DNA of 63,811 nt, filler included, from Ministeria vibrans ATCC 50519 (GCA_943704425.1; 5 parts of 5 records of this genome joined end to end with filler, not necessarily neighbours in it); one strand, 5' to 3'; numbered from the whole stretch's first letter, positions 1 through 12,303 are shown. The notes: generated by a model from the letters alone, not told the origin. Translations and numbers: made by a program.

Positions 1-1
1 A

Positions 2-3000
2 CAGCTGGTTGTCGCGTCGACGGCGCAGGCGCGCTGTGAGAAACAGACGGAACTGGACGAGTTGGAACGCAAATTCCACCGCACTTTGGACGAGGCAAAG
101 GCGGCGGCGGACGCCGAGATCAAGCGTCGGTACGACGAGGCGCATGCAAGCGTTGAGGCGGAGAACGATGCGTTGGTGCGCACGCGCGAGCGTATCGTGC
201 AGGAGCGCGCCGACTTTGACGCGGAGCTATCGACGCGACGCGCAGCGTTCGACTCGGAGCTCGCGAGCGAGCGTGAGCAGCTGCAGATGGGACAGCGGGA
301 TCTGGAGGAGCGTGCGGTGGCGTTTCAGCTCGCGCGCGACAAGGTTGAGGATGCAGCGCGTCAACAGCAGACGCGTTTCACAGTTGTCGTTGGCGAACGC
401 GCCTTCAAAATAACCCGCCGCACTGCCACGGAGCGCGAGCCCGCCTCTCTGCTTGCCGCCATCGCCGAGGGACGGGTTCCGCCTGCGGCCTCCCGCGACA
501 ACGACACTGACGACGACGACGGCAGTGTCTTCTTTGACCGCGACGGCGACCTCTTTGCCCGCCTGGTCTTCTACCTGCGCACGGGCGTTGCCACCAAGGC
601 GTCGTCCAACGAGGAGCTCGAGTGCCTCATTAGCGAGTGCGACTTTTACGAGATGCACAACCTTGCCAAGGTGCTGCGTGAGCGAAGTCATCTCATGCAA
701 CTCTCCGACGATTGCATGGCGCTCTCGCTCACCGTCCTGCCAACACGTCTGCCCTGCTGCGATCTGCGCGCGCTCAAGCTGACCTACTTCAACTTTGGAG
801 CCGGTGCGCAACTTCCACGCTGTATCATGAGCAAGATGGACTTGCGGGGCGTGTCGATGCCGAGGGCAACGCTGCGCGAGGCACGACTGGACGGTGCGCA
901 AATGACCAAGGCAGACCTGTCCGGCGCAGTGGCCGTGGACGCAGACCTGAGTAGCGCTGATCTGACGTGCGCTGTGTTGGTGGACTGCGATCTGACGGGA
1001 GCCAAGATGGCCGGGGCGAATCTGCGCAAGGCGAAACTGGACCGGGCCGTGCTGGCCAAAGTTGACCTTTCAAGCGTTTGCTTGCATGGCGCGTCGCTTC
1101 TGAACTGTGACTTGAGCGGCCGCGACCTCAGTGGATGCGACTTGTCGTATGCGAACCTATCACGTGCGAACCTGTCGGAGGCGAATTTGTCGCGAGCCAA
1201 TCTCACCAAGGCCGTTGTCAAAGGAGCGAACTTGACTGGTGCGAATTTCACTTGTGCAGATCTGACGCATGCGGATCTGTCGGGCTCGAACCTGACCAAA
1301 GCAACGCTCACCTCGGCGACACTGGTGCAAGCCAATCTCAGCAAGACAAAGTGGACGGGGGCCAAGGCTGCGAAAGCAACACTCACACGGTCGAATCTGA
1401 CGGACGCTGACCTCACGAACGTCGACCTGACCTCGGCCAACTTGCATCAAGCAAACTGCCCAGGTGCCAACCTCACCAACGCGCGCCTCACAAAGGCAAC
1501 ACTCACGCAGGCAAAGCTTGCCAAGGCGAAATTGCTCAAGGCTGAAGCAGGCGGTGCGTCGTTTGCGTCAGCTGATCTTTCGGGCGCAAACCTTGCCAGG
1601 ATCAATCTGGCGTCTGCCAACCTCACTCAAGCGAACTGCACGGGCGCCTCCTTGACCTTTGCGACGCTCACCCAGGCAACTCTCACCAAGGCGAAACTTA
1701 CCAAGGCGAATCTATCCAAGGCTGACGCAACGGGCGCATTTTTTCCGTCGTCTGTGCTGTCGAACGCTGACCTGACCAGCGCCACCTTGTCGTTGGCCGA
1801 TTTCTCTGGAGCAAACTGTTCGAGCGCCAAATTTATTGGCGCGGTGTTGACCAAAGCAACACTCGCCAAGTCGAAACTCATCAGTGCGGATCTGTCCAAA
1901 TGCAACGCATCGGGTGCATCGTTTGAGCAGGCGAACTGTGCGGATGCAAACATGTGTCGGGGAAATTTCAGCGGCGTCAACTTTGACACCGCCGTGTTGG
2001 ACGGCGCAACTCTTGACAACGCAGACCTGACCGACGCCACGCTCACCAAAGCGCAGTGCGGCAAGGTGATCATGGACTCGGCGACCTTGACTCGCGCAAA
2101 CCTCTCAGACGCGTTTTTCCCCCAAGCCTCTCTCACGGCAGCGATCCTCACAGGGGCGACGATGCATTGTGCTGTGTTCACAGGCGCTTCATTTATGGAG
2201 GCAACCGTTACCAACGCGGATCTGACAGGCTCGGAGTTTGTTTCCTCGAATTTTCAGGGTGCTACTTTGTCGTCAACGGATCTGACTCGTGCCAACTTTA
2301 CTGATGCGAATTTAGCCAAGGCGAGGATGACGGGCGCAACCCTGACCGGGACTGTGTGCGAAAAGACTGTCTTGGTGGGTGCCAATTTGAGCGGATTGGT
2401 GTTCTCTGGCGTGGATTTGCGCGGTGCAGACTTGTCTGAGGCAAACGTCACTGGTGCGTCGTTAAAAGCGGCCCGTCTGGAAGGCGTGCTTCTGAAGAAG
2501 ACTGACCTGCGCGCCACGGCGCTGTCCAACTGCGACCTGTCCACCGCCATCTTGTTGGGTGCCAACATGAGTGACATGGATTTGTCGAGTGTGACTTTGG
2601 TTGGGGCAGATTTGACAGGTTGTGTGTTGCGTGGGGCCAAGCTGCCGCGGGGAATTTCTCCTGCAGGTGCCGATATTAGCGGCCATGCATTCTCGTCTCT
2701 CAACCTTTCTCGCGTCAATTTTGCAAAGTGCAAGCTTGTTGGCTGCAACTTTGCCGGTGCGACCCTTACTGGCGCCCGCTTTAAAGAAGCTGATCTGAGC
2801 AAGGTAGATATGACGGAAGCTGATCTGACGGGAGCAAAACTGACGGGAGCCGATCTGACGGGAGCTGGTCTGATGGGAGCGAATCTGACGAGAGCCGATC
2901 TGTCGGGAGCGAATCTGACGGGAGCGAATCCGCTGGGAGCGAACTTTTCGATAGCCGATCTGTCGGGAGCGAATCTGACGAGAGCCGATCTGTCGGGAGC

Positions 3001-3412
3001 GAATCTGACGGGAGCGAATCTGACGAGAGCCGATCTGTCGGGAGCGAATCTGTCGGGAACGAATCTGACGAGAGCCGATCTGTCGGGCGCCGATCTGTCG
3101 GGAGCGAATATATCGGGAGCCGATCTGACGAGAGCCGATCTGCCGGGAGTCAATCTGTCGGGAGCGAATCTGACAGAGGCGAATTTGACGGAAGCTGACC
3201 TGTCTAAAGCGACCCTTTGCAAAGTTATATTGGTGAACGCGACGATCTCGAAAACGGTCGTCAACGGTGCTGTTGTCAGAGACTTGCCTGATTGCTATTC
3301 TTCTCTCTCCTGCCCCTTCCGCCTCGCCCCCTCTGGATGCAGTGATACTCTCTACATCAGGACGAGGCATGGAGAAATCATCTTTGTGTGTTCCCGCCAT
3401 GGTCAAGAATGA
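2..3412 (+). CDS. Coiled-coil + BTB/POZ (KCTD-type) + very long pentapeptide-repeat protein (KCTD9-like), 5'-partial
   Basis: Frame is open from the window start. The BTB_2 signature 'FFDRDGDLFARLVFYLRTG...LISECDFYEM' is followed by ~880 aa of A(N/D)LxX pentapeptide repeats. Ends at TGA 3410-3412. Confidence 0.9.
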   Translation, partial: QLVVASTAQARCEKQTELDELERKFHRTLDEAKAAADAEIKRRYDEAHASVEAENDALVRTRERIVQERADFDAELSTRRAAFDSELASEREQLQMGQRDLEERAVAFQLARDKVEDAARQQQTRFTVVVGERAFKITRRTATEREPASLLAAIAEGRVPPAASRDNDTDDDDGSVFFDRDGDLFARLVFYLRTGVATKASSNEELECLISECDFYEMHNLAKVLRERSHLMQLSDDCMALSLTVLPTRLPCCDLRALKLTYFNFGAGAQLPRCIMSKMDLRGVSMPRATLREARLDGAQMTKADLSGAVAVDADLSSADLTCAVLVDCDLTGAKMAGANLRKAKLDRAVLAKVDLSSVCLHGASLLNCDLSGRDLSGCDLSYANLSRANLSEANLSRANLTKAVVKGANLTGANFTCADLTHADLSGSNLTKATLTSATLVQANLSKTKWTGAKAAKATLTRSNLTDADLTNVDLTSANLHQANCPGANLTNARLTKATLTQAKLAKAKLLKAEAGGASFASADLSGANLARINLASANLTQANCTGASLTFATLTQATLTKAKLTKANLSKADATGAFFPSSVLSNADLTSATLSLADFSGANCSSAKFIGAVLTKATLAKSKLISADLSKCNASGASFEQANCADANMCRGNFSGVNFDTAVLDGATLDNADLTDATLTKAQCGKVIMDSATLTRANLSDAFFPQASLTAAILTGATMHCAVFTGASFMEATVTNADLTGSEFVSSNFQGATLSSTDLTRANFTDANLAKARMTGATLTGTVCEKTVLVGANLSGLVFSGVDLRGADLSEANVTGASLKAARLEGVLLKKTDLRATALSNCDLSTAILLGANMSDMDLSSVTLVGADLTGCVLRGAKLPRGISPAGADISGHAFSSLNLSRVNFAKCKLVGCNFAGATLTGARFKEADLSKVDMTEADLTGAKLTGADLTGAGLMGANLTRADLSGANLTGANPLGANFSIADLSGANLTRADLSGANLTGANLTRADLSGANLSGTNLTRADLSGADLSGANISGADLTRADLPGVNLSGANLTEANLTEADLSKATLCKVILVNATISKTVVNGAVVRDLPDCYSSLSCPFRLAPSGCSDTLYIRTRHGEIIFVCSRHGQE
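2810..3190 (+). repeat. Coding 15-bp tandem repeat (GC(C/G)(G/A)ATCTG(A/T)CG(G/A)GA) encoding ADLSG/ANLTG/ANLTR pentapeptides
   Basis: Near-identical 15-nt units such as gccgatctgtcggga and gcgaatctgacgaga occur in tandem. Confidence 0.9.
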
Positions 3413-3568
3413 TCCATGGGTGCTTTTTGAGTGCACATCTGGTTGTAGTTGTAATAAATAATTCCTTTTCGTAATTTTGTTTTTGTTCTTGTTTTGGAAT
3501 CGCAACACTCTATAGCCCATTCTACATTTCTACGAAGTACTACTAAGTACATTGGTCTTTTACATTAA

Positions 3569-3601
<33 letters not shown>

Positions 3602-3684
3602 TATTATTATTATTAATTAATTTATTATTATTATTACGAAAAACCATTTCTCTCCTGAATCCTGATCATCTTTAATTTCTCTTC

Positions 3685-5163
3685 ATGCGCGCCCTGATCA
3701 TCGGATTCTTTGGTGCACAACCCAAGCACCTCCGTCGCTATGCAGAGATGTACAAAACGCTGGGCTTTACGGAGACTCGCACGTTCCACTACCCCATCCT
3801 CGATGCGACGACTTGGGCCGGCTGGAGCAAGCTACGGACGCTAGAGATGGGCAAATACGACGTGGTGCACACCCTGTCTGGGGGTTGTCTTGTGGCATTC
3901 AACATGTGGATGGCGCAGAACAGTGGTCGTCTCGAGTACGTGATCACTGCGCCTCTGTGGGTTGTTCTGTTGTGTCTCTCGATGTCACCCAACCCGTCCT
4001 TTATCCTGCCTCCAATTCACTCCCTCCCGCGCGCATGATCAAGATATGCATGCACTGCACACTGTCGCACTGCCGCGCTGCGCCGATAGTGCTTCTGTGG
4101 TGTTCGTTGATGTTTGCAACGTTTATTTTTTATTTTTGGAAAGTCATCCATCTCTCTCTAGCGAAAATCCCGACCTCTCCTTGTCAATGTTGCACTTGAA
4201 TCACATGATAACGTGCGATAGTATGTTATTCTATGCATTTACACAACGAATTGTTCTCTCAATCTTTCGGGTTACATTATTTTTTGTTATCTGTTGTGAC
4301 TTCGTTGTGACTTATAAGCAAACGCGATCGAACGAATGCCACGGCCATGCCGAGCCAAGGGCCTGGCGGCACGGCATAGCTTTGTCGCACGTCCAACGAC
4401 GGCCGCTTTTGATTTGGATTTGTGTCTCGTGCGTTTTGCATTTTTATTATGATTATCGACAATTTGAATTTGAATTGTCACTCTTTTTTTCATTGCGATG
4501 CAGATACAATCGACTGATTTGTGACTCTGGGCCGATGTTTCCGACTCCCGAGAACACCTCGCACTACGTCGTTCAGCGGTTCCCCTTGGCGAAGCCCTTT
4601 GAGTCGCTTGTTGGCAGTGCGATCGGATCATACTGGAGACAAGAAGGTACGATTGATTTTGGATCTGTTTTGGATCTGCTTTGCATTGTGTCTCGGGTCT
4701 TTTGTGTTGTGAGTTCCGCACTCTGTATGGCCTATGTTTCTGTTGCTGCGACTGTCTGATTGAATGGCTGCTTCCAACGACGACGCGTAGGATACGAATG
4801 GTCCACAGAGCTGAGCAAATACGAAGAGCGAATTGTGGGCGAAAACTCACCTCCCAGACTGTTCCTCAACTCACAGGCCGATCCCATTATCCTCCTCAGC
4901 GAGATTTCAAAGCACACTGAAAAAGACGTAAGACACGGGTTACACCTTGGAACCCGAGTGACATCTTGGACGAGAATAACTTTCTCTTCGTCTTCCGTCC
5001 AATCTTACCGCAATGCCAAACACCCTAACCCCCAACTCTTCTTCTTTAGGGCGCTCGTTCCGTGACCTTTGAGTCGGGTGAGCACGTCCGTCTCCTCCAG
5101 ACACATCCTGAGCAGTATCGTCAGGAAATTGCTGATTTTTTACGTCTCACCAACACTGCCTGA
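3685..5163 (+). CDS. TMEM53/DUF829-like alpha/beta-hydrolase-fold protein (4 exons)
   Basis: Motifs 'IIGFFGAQPKHLRRYAEMY', 'VHTLSGG', 'ICDSGP', 'LFLNSQADPII' and 'FESGEHVRLLQTHPEQY'. Exons ~3685-3935, 4504-4647, 4791-4927 and 5050-5163 join in frame via GT-AG introns. Confidence 0.75.
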
Positions 5164-5388
5164 TTTTTTATATTGATTATTCTGTCCATTTATCCTCAAC
5201 ATTGTACCCGCTTTTCAATTGTCCGTCTTTGTCTTTTTGAAATAAACGAATTGATCTGAAATGCGCATTTTCTTTTTTGGATGGAAGGAAATCAAAAGTC
5301 AGTTGAGTCGACAGTTAGATTTACTCGTGTTGGAACCAGTGCCGCTGTACCGTCTTTTGAGGAGTGGCGTGCTCTGCGNNNNNNNNNN

Positions 5389-5431
<43 letters not shown>

Positions 5432-5534
5432 CGCTCTTGTAGCTCAGAAAGTAAAATCTGAGCTGATTGTGATGTCGGTTTTCGTTTGGGTTCGATAATA
5501 AATTGGAAATGTGTTTTCTTCTATAACATAATAC

Positions 5535-5574
<40 letters not shown>

Positions 5575-5591
5575 AGAGGAGCATCGCTACG

Positions 5592-6125
5592 TTACAAGTA
5601 CCGCCCACGGTGATTAAAAGTCGCAAATCCCGGTCGGTTCTCGTAAGACTCCTTTTGGATGCTGTGGCAATAGAAAGAGAGAGAGACACACACAATTTGA
5701 TCAAATCTTAGTACGGTGATACGAATCAACTAATCAAAGTCGGTTTCTTCTGCTTACGTCTCTTCTGACGGCTTTGAGGCGTCGACAAACGACGCACCAA
5801 AGTGTACAGCGCCCACAACGCATATTACTGCGGCCACGAGTGTTTGCAGCTGAATCTGCACGACAGAAAAAAGAGAAAAAAGAAAGTGAAAAAAAGGATA
5901 TTCTGTGGTTCAGTCACTTACGTCGAGTGGCAGGGGCCGTTCTGTCTCGTCAACAATCTTCAAGTATGACCTGACTGTCGTCGGGCAGAGACGGGCGCAT
6001 GCAAGCAAGGCAGGAGCTGTCAGTGAGCAAAACGAGTTGTGTGTGCGACTGTGCTTACACTGGATTGCTGAATACACGGCATGGAGAAGGACCCCGAAGC
6101 CGGTGATCAGCAAGAACTTTCCCAT
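5592..6125 (-). CDS. EMC5: ER membrane protein complex subunit 5 / membrane magnesium transporter (4 exons)
   Basis: Spliced product 'MGKFLLITGFGVLLHAVYSAIQ...PLPLDIQLQTLVAAVICVVGAVHFGASF...ENRPGFATFNHRGRYL*' matches MMGT1/EMC5 motifs. Confidence 0.9.
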
Positions 6126-6226
6126 GCTATTGACGTAAAAGCGACAACGAAAGAAGCTAAGAAAGTGAATATGAAAGTGTGACGATTTAGTCACACCGAT
6201 CAGTCATTCATTTCTTCACTCACTTT

Positions 6227-7407
6227 ATGGTTGTTCTTGTGCAAGTGGCGCTTCTCATTGTCGCTGCGGCGCTGGCGAGTGCCAAGCCTTCATTTGGGCT
6301 GCACCATACCCATCCTCATTTGTTTGCGCCGCCGCACCATCGGGCGCGGTTTGGGGCCGTCATGGCAACCCGCCGCGCGCGTCCCCTTGCCCCCGCTCCC
6401 CCGCTGATCGTGCCCACCGAATTCGGCGCGGATCCCACTGGCGTGCAAGACTCAACACATGCCCTGCAGACTGCGATCATAACGGCCCTCTCACGGCACG
6501 CTGCGAACCACAGTCTCGCGGACGGCATTGTCGACTGCGGCGGAGCGACGGTGGACTTGGAGGGCGGAGACTACCTCGTGAGCGCACCCTTGGTTGTGCC
6601 GCCGGGCTATGGAAACCTGCGCATTCAGCGGGGCACGCTGCGTGCGTCGACGCGCTTCCAAGGAGGCGACTTTCTCCTGCGGATTGGATCGGAGGTGTGC
6701 ACGACGAACAAGCAGCAGTCGTGCAACGAGAACATTGGTCTGTCGGAGCTGTTCATTGATGGTGCACAGCGCACGGGCGGGGTGTTCATCGGAACAACAA
6801 TGGGCGCTAATGTCGGGCCCCAAATGTTCTTTCTGGGCTTTGTGGGTGCGGGACTGCGCGTAAAAGGAGGCCATGAAGTGATGGTGCACGAAGCGTGGCT
6901 TGGCGAGTACCTGTACTCCGACCCTCGCAAGGCCAACACAACTCTGGTGACCGCGACAGGAGTGGACATTCTTGGGAACGATCATGTTGTGAGCAACGTG
7001 ATCGTGTTCAGTGCGCGCATTGGCCTCTCTGTCGTGGGGGGCGCCAACTTCTTTGTGGGCGTGCACACCTGGAACCTGGCGACAGCGTACAATGGCACGG
7101 GGATCTACCTCAATGCGCCGTCGGCAACCGCCAACCGTTTTGTCGGCTGTTACCTTGATTACAATGACTTTGTGCTGGCGAGTGCGTCTCATCTCATTTT
7201 TGTCGATGGGTTCTTTCTCGGCGGAGCAAAATTGGTCATGCGCGCAAATGGCCCTCACGACACCGTGCGAGGCGTCACAGTGACCGGCTGCCAGTTTACC
7301 AATGGTACGATTGTATTGTTAAGGAAAAGGAAATGCGGTGGGGTTGTTTGTGGGTGGAACGTGACTGAATGAGATCAGAGTGGAACCCGTAATAATTAAT
7401 GAGACTG

Positions 7408-7482
<75 letters not shown>

Positions 7483-7871
7483 CTGTGGTAGGCAATCACC
7501 CGGCGGGCGAACCAGGATTTGTGGTGGACGAGAGCGAAGGGACGTTTATTGCGGTGGAGGAGACTGTGATTAGCCAAAACCAATTCAAGGGAGTGCATCC
7601 GCAGTCGACGCGCGTCACTGCACAGCTGACGCAGACTAACGCGGTGCGATGGCACTTTGACCTGGCCGATCAATTGGTGTTTAAGCGCATTCAGATTGTG
7701 CAGTACTCACTGCAGCGCAATGACTTTGCAGGCGTCTTTGTCATGCATGCGAGTGAACCGCCTGAGGGAGCACACGTCAGTGTTGTGACGTCGGGCGAGG
7801 CTCATGCGACCGTCACCGTCACGGTTGATGAGTCGGTTGTAGGCCAAGGGAACATGAAGCTCTCGCTCTGA
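6227..7871 (+). CDS. Secreted pectate-lyase-superfamily beta-helix protein, QRT3 polygalacturonase-like (2 exons)
   Basis: Signal peptide, then 'EFGADPTGVQDS', 'VDLEGGDYLVSAPL', 'GGHEVMVHEAWLG' and 'CYLDYND'. C-terminal 'WHFDLADQLVF...VQYSL...ATVTVTVDES' resembles QRT3. Intron ~7305-7491 contains (GT)n. Confidence 0.75.
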
Positions 7872-8035
7872 GCGCACACACATATACATAATCATCATTA
7901 TTATTATTATTATGCACAAAGAGAGCGCGTTTAAGAGGACACTCTGAATGAATGGGATTGAGTTGATTAGACTGAGATTATGGTACATACACACACGCAA
8001 TACAACATATACATACACATACACTTGGTAAAAGT

Positions 8036-9685
8036 TCAGACGCCGTAGAGTGCACTGCGGACGGACAGCGGATCAACATTGGGCAGACCGACTGTCTGAG
8101 TGCGCACTGAGTGCAGAGTTATGTCATAGAACAAGTGAATTGTGTCGTGGAATGTCACATACGCCAGACACGGCTGGTTCAGCCCACCCTGGACTGCAAA
8201 CTGCCCTCCGCCGAATGCACATACCTAATTGCAATATCATAAAGATATATAATCTTAAAATTTACATCATGTTTTTTTTGTTTTTTTTTTCCTTTGCTGT
8301 TTACCTCTTGTCCAAAAGTGAACTTTACTACGTTTCGAGAACGATCCACAATAAAGGTAGTTCCATCCCAAGCACACGACACGACCTACCAAAAGGACAC
8401 GACGATTTGATTCCGTTTTTTTTTTTTTGGCTGTGGGTTGTGTTTCTCGTACAGTGTCTGATCCGTTGCGCATCAAGTCCAGTTTAGTAATGGCAAACAA
8501 CTGATAATCAACCTAGGAATACAAATACAAAAAAAAGAAATTCTCCATCAGCAACTGCAACATAAACGTGATAGTGTATGTATACTTCAAGCGCCCAAAT
8601 CGGAACATGGAGCGATGAAAGTTTGAGAGAGCCGTCGAGCGTTGCCACAGCAACGTATTCTCGATCGGGTTGGGAGGGGTCGCGCAGGCCCCCAATGAGC
8701 TCAGTCGAGCCTACGGTGGCTGTAGACCGACTTGGACTAAGGAGGGAAAGAGAGACGCGAAGCAGCAATAATAATTAATACCATGTCGCACTCTAAAGCT
8801 TTTTGGAGTACGCGGCAGAGTAGCACAGGCGCGAGTGGTTCTCTTTGGTGTAAGTGACAAATGCCCCTGCCGGCTGTGCAACACAAACAACAGTATCGCC
8901 CGAGTCATCGCGCATCACCGACAGCGATCCGATTTGTCCTTTGAGGTTCCACATGCGTGTCTGGCGCAGTTGTGTTAGGCTGCCCTCGCGTTCGAAGCGA
9001 AATGCATGCACAATGCGGTCTGTGCGCCCCACAAACAGCTCGTTTCCAATGGTTGGGTCAAGACACGCGATAATAGCCGTCTACGATGCGATTGATCGTG
9101 AACAAGTCTGATCGAACCGCTGGCTCTGTGTACCTTGATGTTCACCGGAATACTCAGTGTGTGTGCCAGAACCATTCGAGACTCGACACTCGTCGTCTCG
9201 CCAAAACTACCGTCGGTACTTGCGTCCACACTGGGGCTTGCACTTGGAAGGGCGCTCGCACTCGGAGTGTTGTCGCTCAGGCGCCGCCGTCGAGCCGTCG
9301 ACTCCTCAAAGACGTGACAGGCGCCTTCGGCACTGATGCCGACAGTCGCGTTGAGCCCCGTGTGCATCAGATCGCCCACGACCACCACGGCAATGGAGCC
9401 GAGGCCGCGGCAGGTCCACCAGGGACGCTGCGAGCGCGACGGAAGTGTGTCGTCCGCGACCGTTTGCGCCGCCGTGCCCTTAAACACCGCAATTTGTCCG
9501 TCTACATTGCCCACAACCAGTTCTCCACCCTACACATGCCACAAGGAGAGCCGTTGATCAGACTCACAGGATGCGGTTGAGCCGCGTACGCCGTCATTGT
9601 CGACGTCGCCAAACGCCAATGCTCCCGTGTGGATATTGCCAGGAAAATCAAGCTCGATTCGTCGACTGAACTGGACCGATCGCAT
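8036..9685 (-). CDS. ITFG2: KICSTOR complex protein ITFG2 (multi-exon)
   Basis: N-terminus 'MRSVQFSRRIELDFPGNIHTGALAFGDVDNDG', plus 'VATLDGSLKL', 'CAWDGTTFIVD' and C-terminal 'PCLAYVTFHDTIHLFY'. Confidence 0.85.
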
Positions 9686-9808
9686 AATACAGCTGTTGAA
9701 AAGCCACCGTATGTGCAATGTAACCTAATCAATTGAAATGTTCTAATCATAAATATCAATCATTCTTCATTACGAAATAATCAATATTCATTTCTATTTT
9801 CTTTTTTT

Positions 9809-10569
9809 ATGTCTGGCCATTTTTTGAGAAATCTTAAGCAACTGCCGTTGACAGAGACGTTGCTGTCGGGGCAATCACTGCGCTGGATCAAAGAAGGCGC
9901 GTCTTTTGTGGGTGTGATTGGCAACCATGTTGTGCGACTTAGTCAGTCGATGACTCAGATCAACTACGAGGTGTTGCACTCCAAGTGCAGCGCTGAGGAC
10001 ATGAAGACAGTTCGAAACGACATCTACGAGTACCTTCAGCTTGGCAAAAACATGCAATATATCCACAGAGACGTTTACAGACGCGAAGTTCCCGTTGTTT
10101 TGCTTTCGCCCGACGCCAAACCATTCCAAATACTGCGTCTTGACCCAGCCGAGGCGCTTGTGATGCAGCTGCTTGGGACGCACCTTTCGGGCCGCAACGT
10201 CGCGCACCTGCTGCGGCAGATAGTCGACGAGTTTGGCGAACCGCTCAGCGACCTCCCGCCCTACGTCAAGATGAAGCGTTTCCCGCGTTTCGAAGACCTT
10301 GCGACGCCGACGGCCCACGAGTACATGCGTCACATCAACATGGGCTACTGCGCTGGCTTTGTGCATCGGGCGGCGGCGTTTGCCGTTGCGCAGGGGGGCA
10401 ACGAATGGTTTGACGAACTCAGGTAGGGGACGGCACACAGACCTTGGGCGGTCAAGCGCACGTAGCTAAACTGACTTTGTTGTTGTCCCTTGTGCAATAG
10501 GAACAAAAAGGCATTGAAACGGGCGCGAATCAGCATTCGACAAATGCCAGGCGTATGTCAAAATTTCTC

Positions 10570-10603
<34 letters not shown>

Positions 10604-11067
10604 AGGTTAGGGTTGCTCATTTTTTTTTCTTGCCAGGTTGGGGTCAAGACCGCGGACATTCTGTGTCTAACGTCACTGGGGCACGATGATTGTGTGCCTA
10701 TCACATCACGAAAGGTGCGTCCGAAGAAGAAATTTTTTGACAAAACGAGAAATTTCGTGGTGTGTGTGTGCATGTGTTTGTCTCACTTCACTCTCTCTCT
10801 CTCTTTCTTTCTTTTCTGCGTCTCTCTATCTCTGTCTTTGTCTTTATATTGTCTGTACATGTTACTCAGGGAATGGTTGTGGATCGGCCGAGCGAGTACC
10901 GGCGGATGTCGCGTGAGTACACCATCCTGGCAGGCAGGTACGCAGGCTGGGCTTACGCATGGGCACAGCGCCATCGCATGCCCTATGCTCCGGTTCTCTT
11001 TATGTCCGAGAAGGCAGCGCACGAGGCTAACAGCGTCGCAGCGACACAGAGCCAACCAGACCACTGA
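9809..11067 (+). CDS. OGG1-like HhH-GPD DNA glycosylase-family protein with altered active site (4 exons)
   Basis: OGG_N motif 'LLSGQSLRW', 'ILRLDPAEAL', 'FPRFEDL', 'MGY', HhH 'MPGVGVKTADILCLTSLG' and C-terminal 'GRYAGWAYA'. Exons ~9809-10422, 10501-10552, 10637-10714 and 10870-11067. Confidence 0.8.
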
Positions 11068-11356
11068 CGACCAGTGCCCAGTTCGAGTGTGAAGTGCTTT
11101 TTGTTTTATTGATTTGTAGTAATAGAAGTAACGAAAACTGTGACTCTACTGTCACATTATAATTATTATAATTATTTCTCCGCTTCACAATTAGTTGCAA
11201 AAACAAAATAAGATTGAACAGCAAAGATGAGGGTGCGTGGCGGATGTTTATTCAATTATTTTATTATTGAGAGCGAGTGAGCGAATGAATTGACATTCAT
11301 GTTTAAATTTTTATAATAATTATTTTGTACTATACAAAAGTGTACTGAGAGTCGTG

Positions 11357-11616
11357 TTATAGCGACAAATGACCGGTTGCATTGAGAACGGTGAGGGTGA
11401 CAAAGAGAACGTAGAGAGCAATGAGGACAAAGCCGTAGGCTCGCGGTGGAGTCATTTTGAAGGCGGGAAAGACGATGAGAGTGGCGATGAGCGAGACGCC
11501 CAGAAAGATCCAAGCCAGCTTGACTTTGGCAAAGTTGGAGGAGTTGACGTCAAATGTGAATGATTGCGGGTAGTGGCGAGAGCACTGCAAGAATAAGAGA
11601 AAGAAAGAAAGAAAGA

Positions 11617-11704
<88 letters not shown>

Positions 11705-12245
11705 NNNNNNNNNNAAAACAAAGTGATAGAGAGAGAGAGAGAGAGAGAGAGAGGAGGAGGAGGAGGGAGAAAGAAACAAAGTGATAGAGAGAGAGAGAAA
11801 CAAAGTGATAGAGAGAGAGAGTAGAGAAATAGAAAGAGAAAAAGGAGGGAGAAAGAAAGTAATAAGAAAGAAGAGACAACGTGATAGAGAGAGGAAAAAG
11901 AAACAAGGTGAAAGAGAGAGAAATGAGGGAGAAAGAAACACCGCAATAGAGAGGAGGAAAGAAACAAAGCGATAGAGAGGGAGAAAGTAACAAAGTGCGA
12001 GAAAGGAGAAGAAAAGAGAAAGAACGAAAGAAATAAAATAGAGAGGGGCAAGTTGGAGTGAGTAAGTGTGATATGTGTCATCATACACACTCTTTCGAGT
12101 GCGTAAGTGGGATTCAAATAAAAATAATGATACCCAAGCGGTGAGGGAGATGCCAAGGCCAAGGACATCATTGAGAAGGGGACTACCAAGGCACGAGGCA
12201 ACGCCCATTGCAGGGAACCCAGCGCGAGCCACGGCCGTGTCCTAC

Positions 12246-12303
<58 letters not shown>

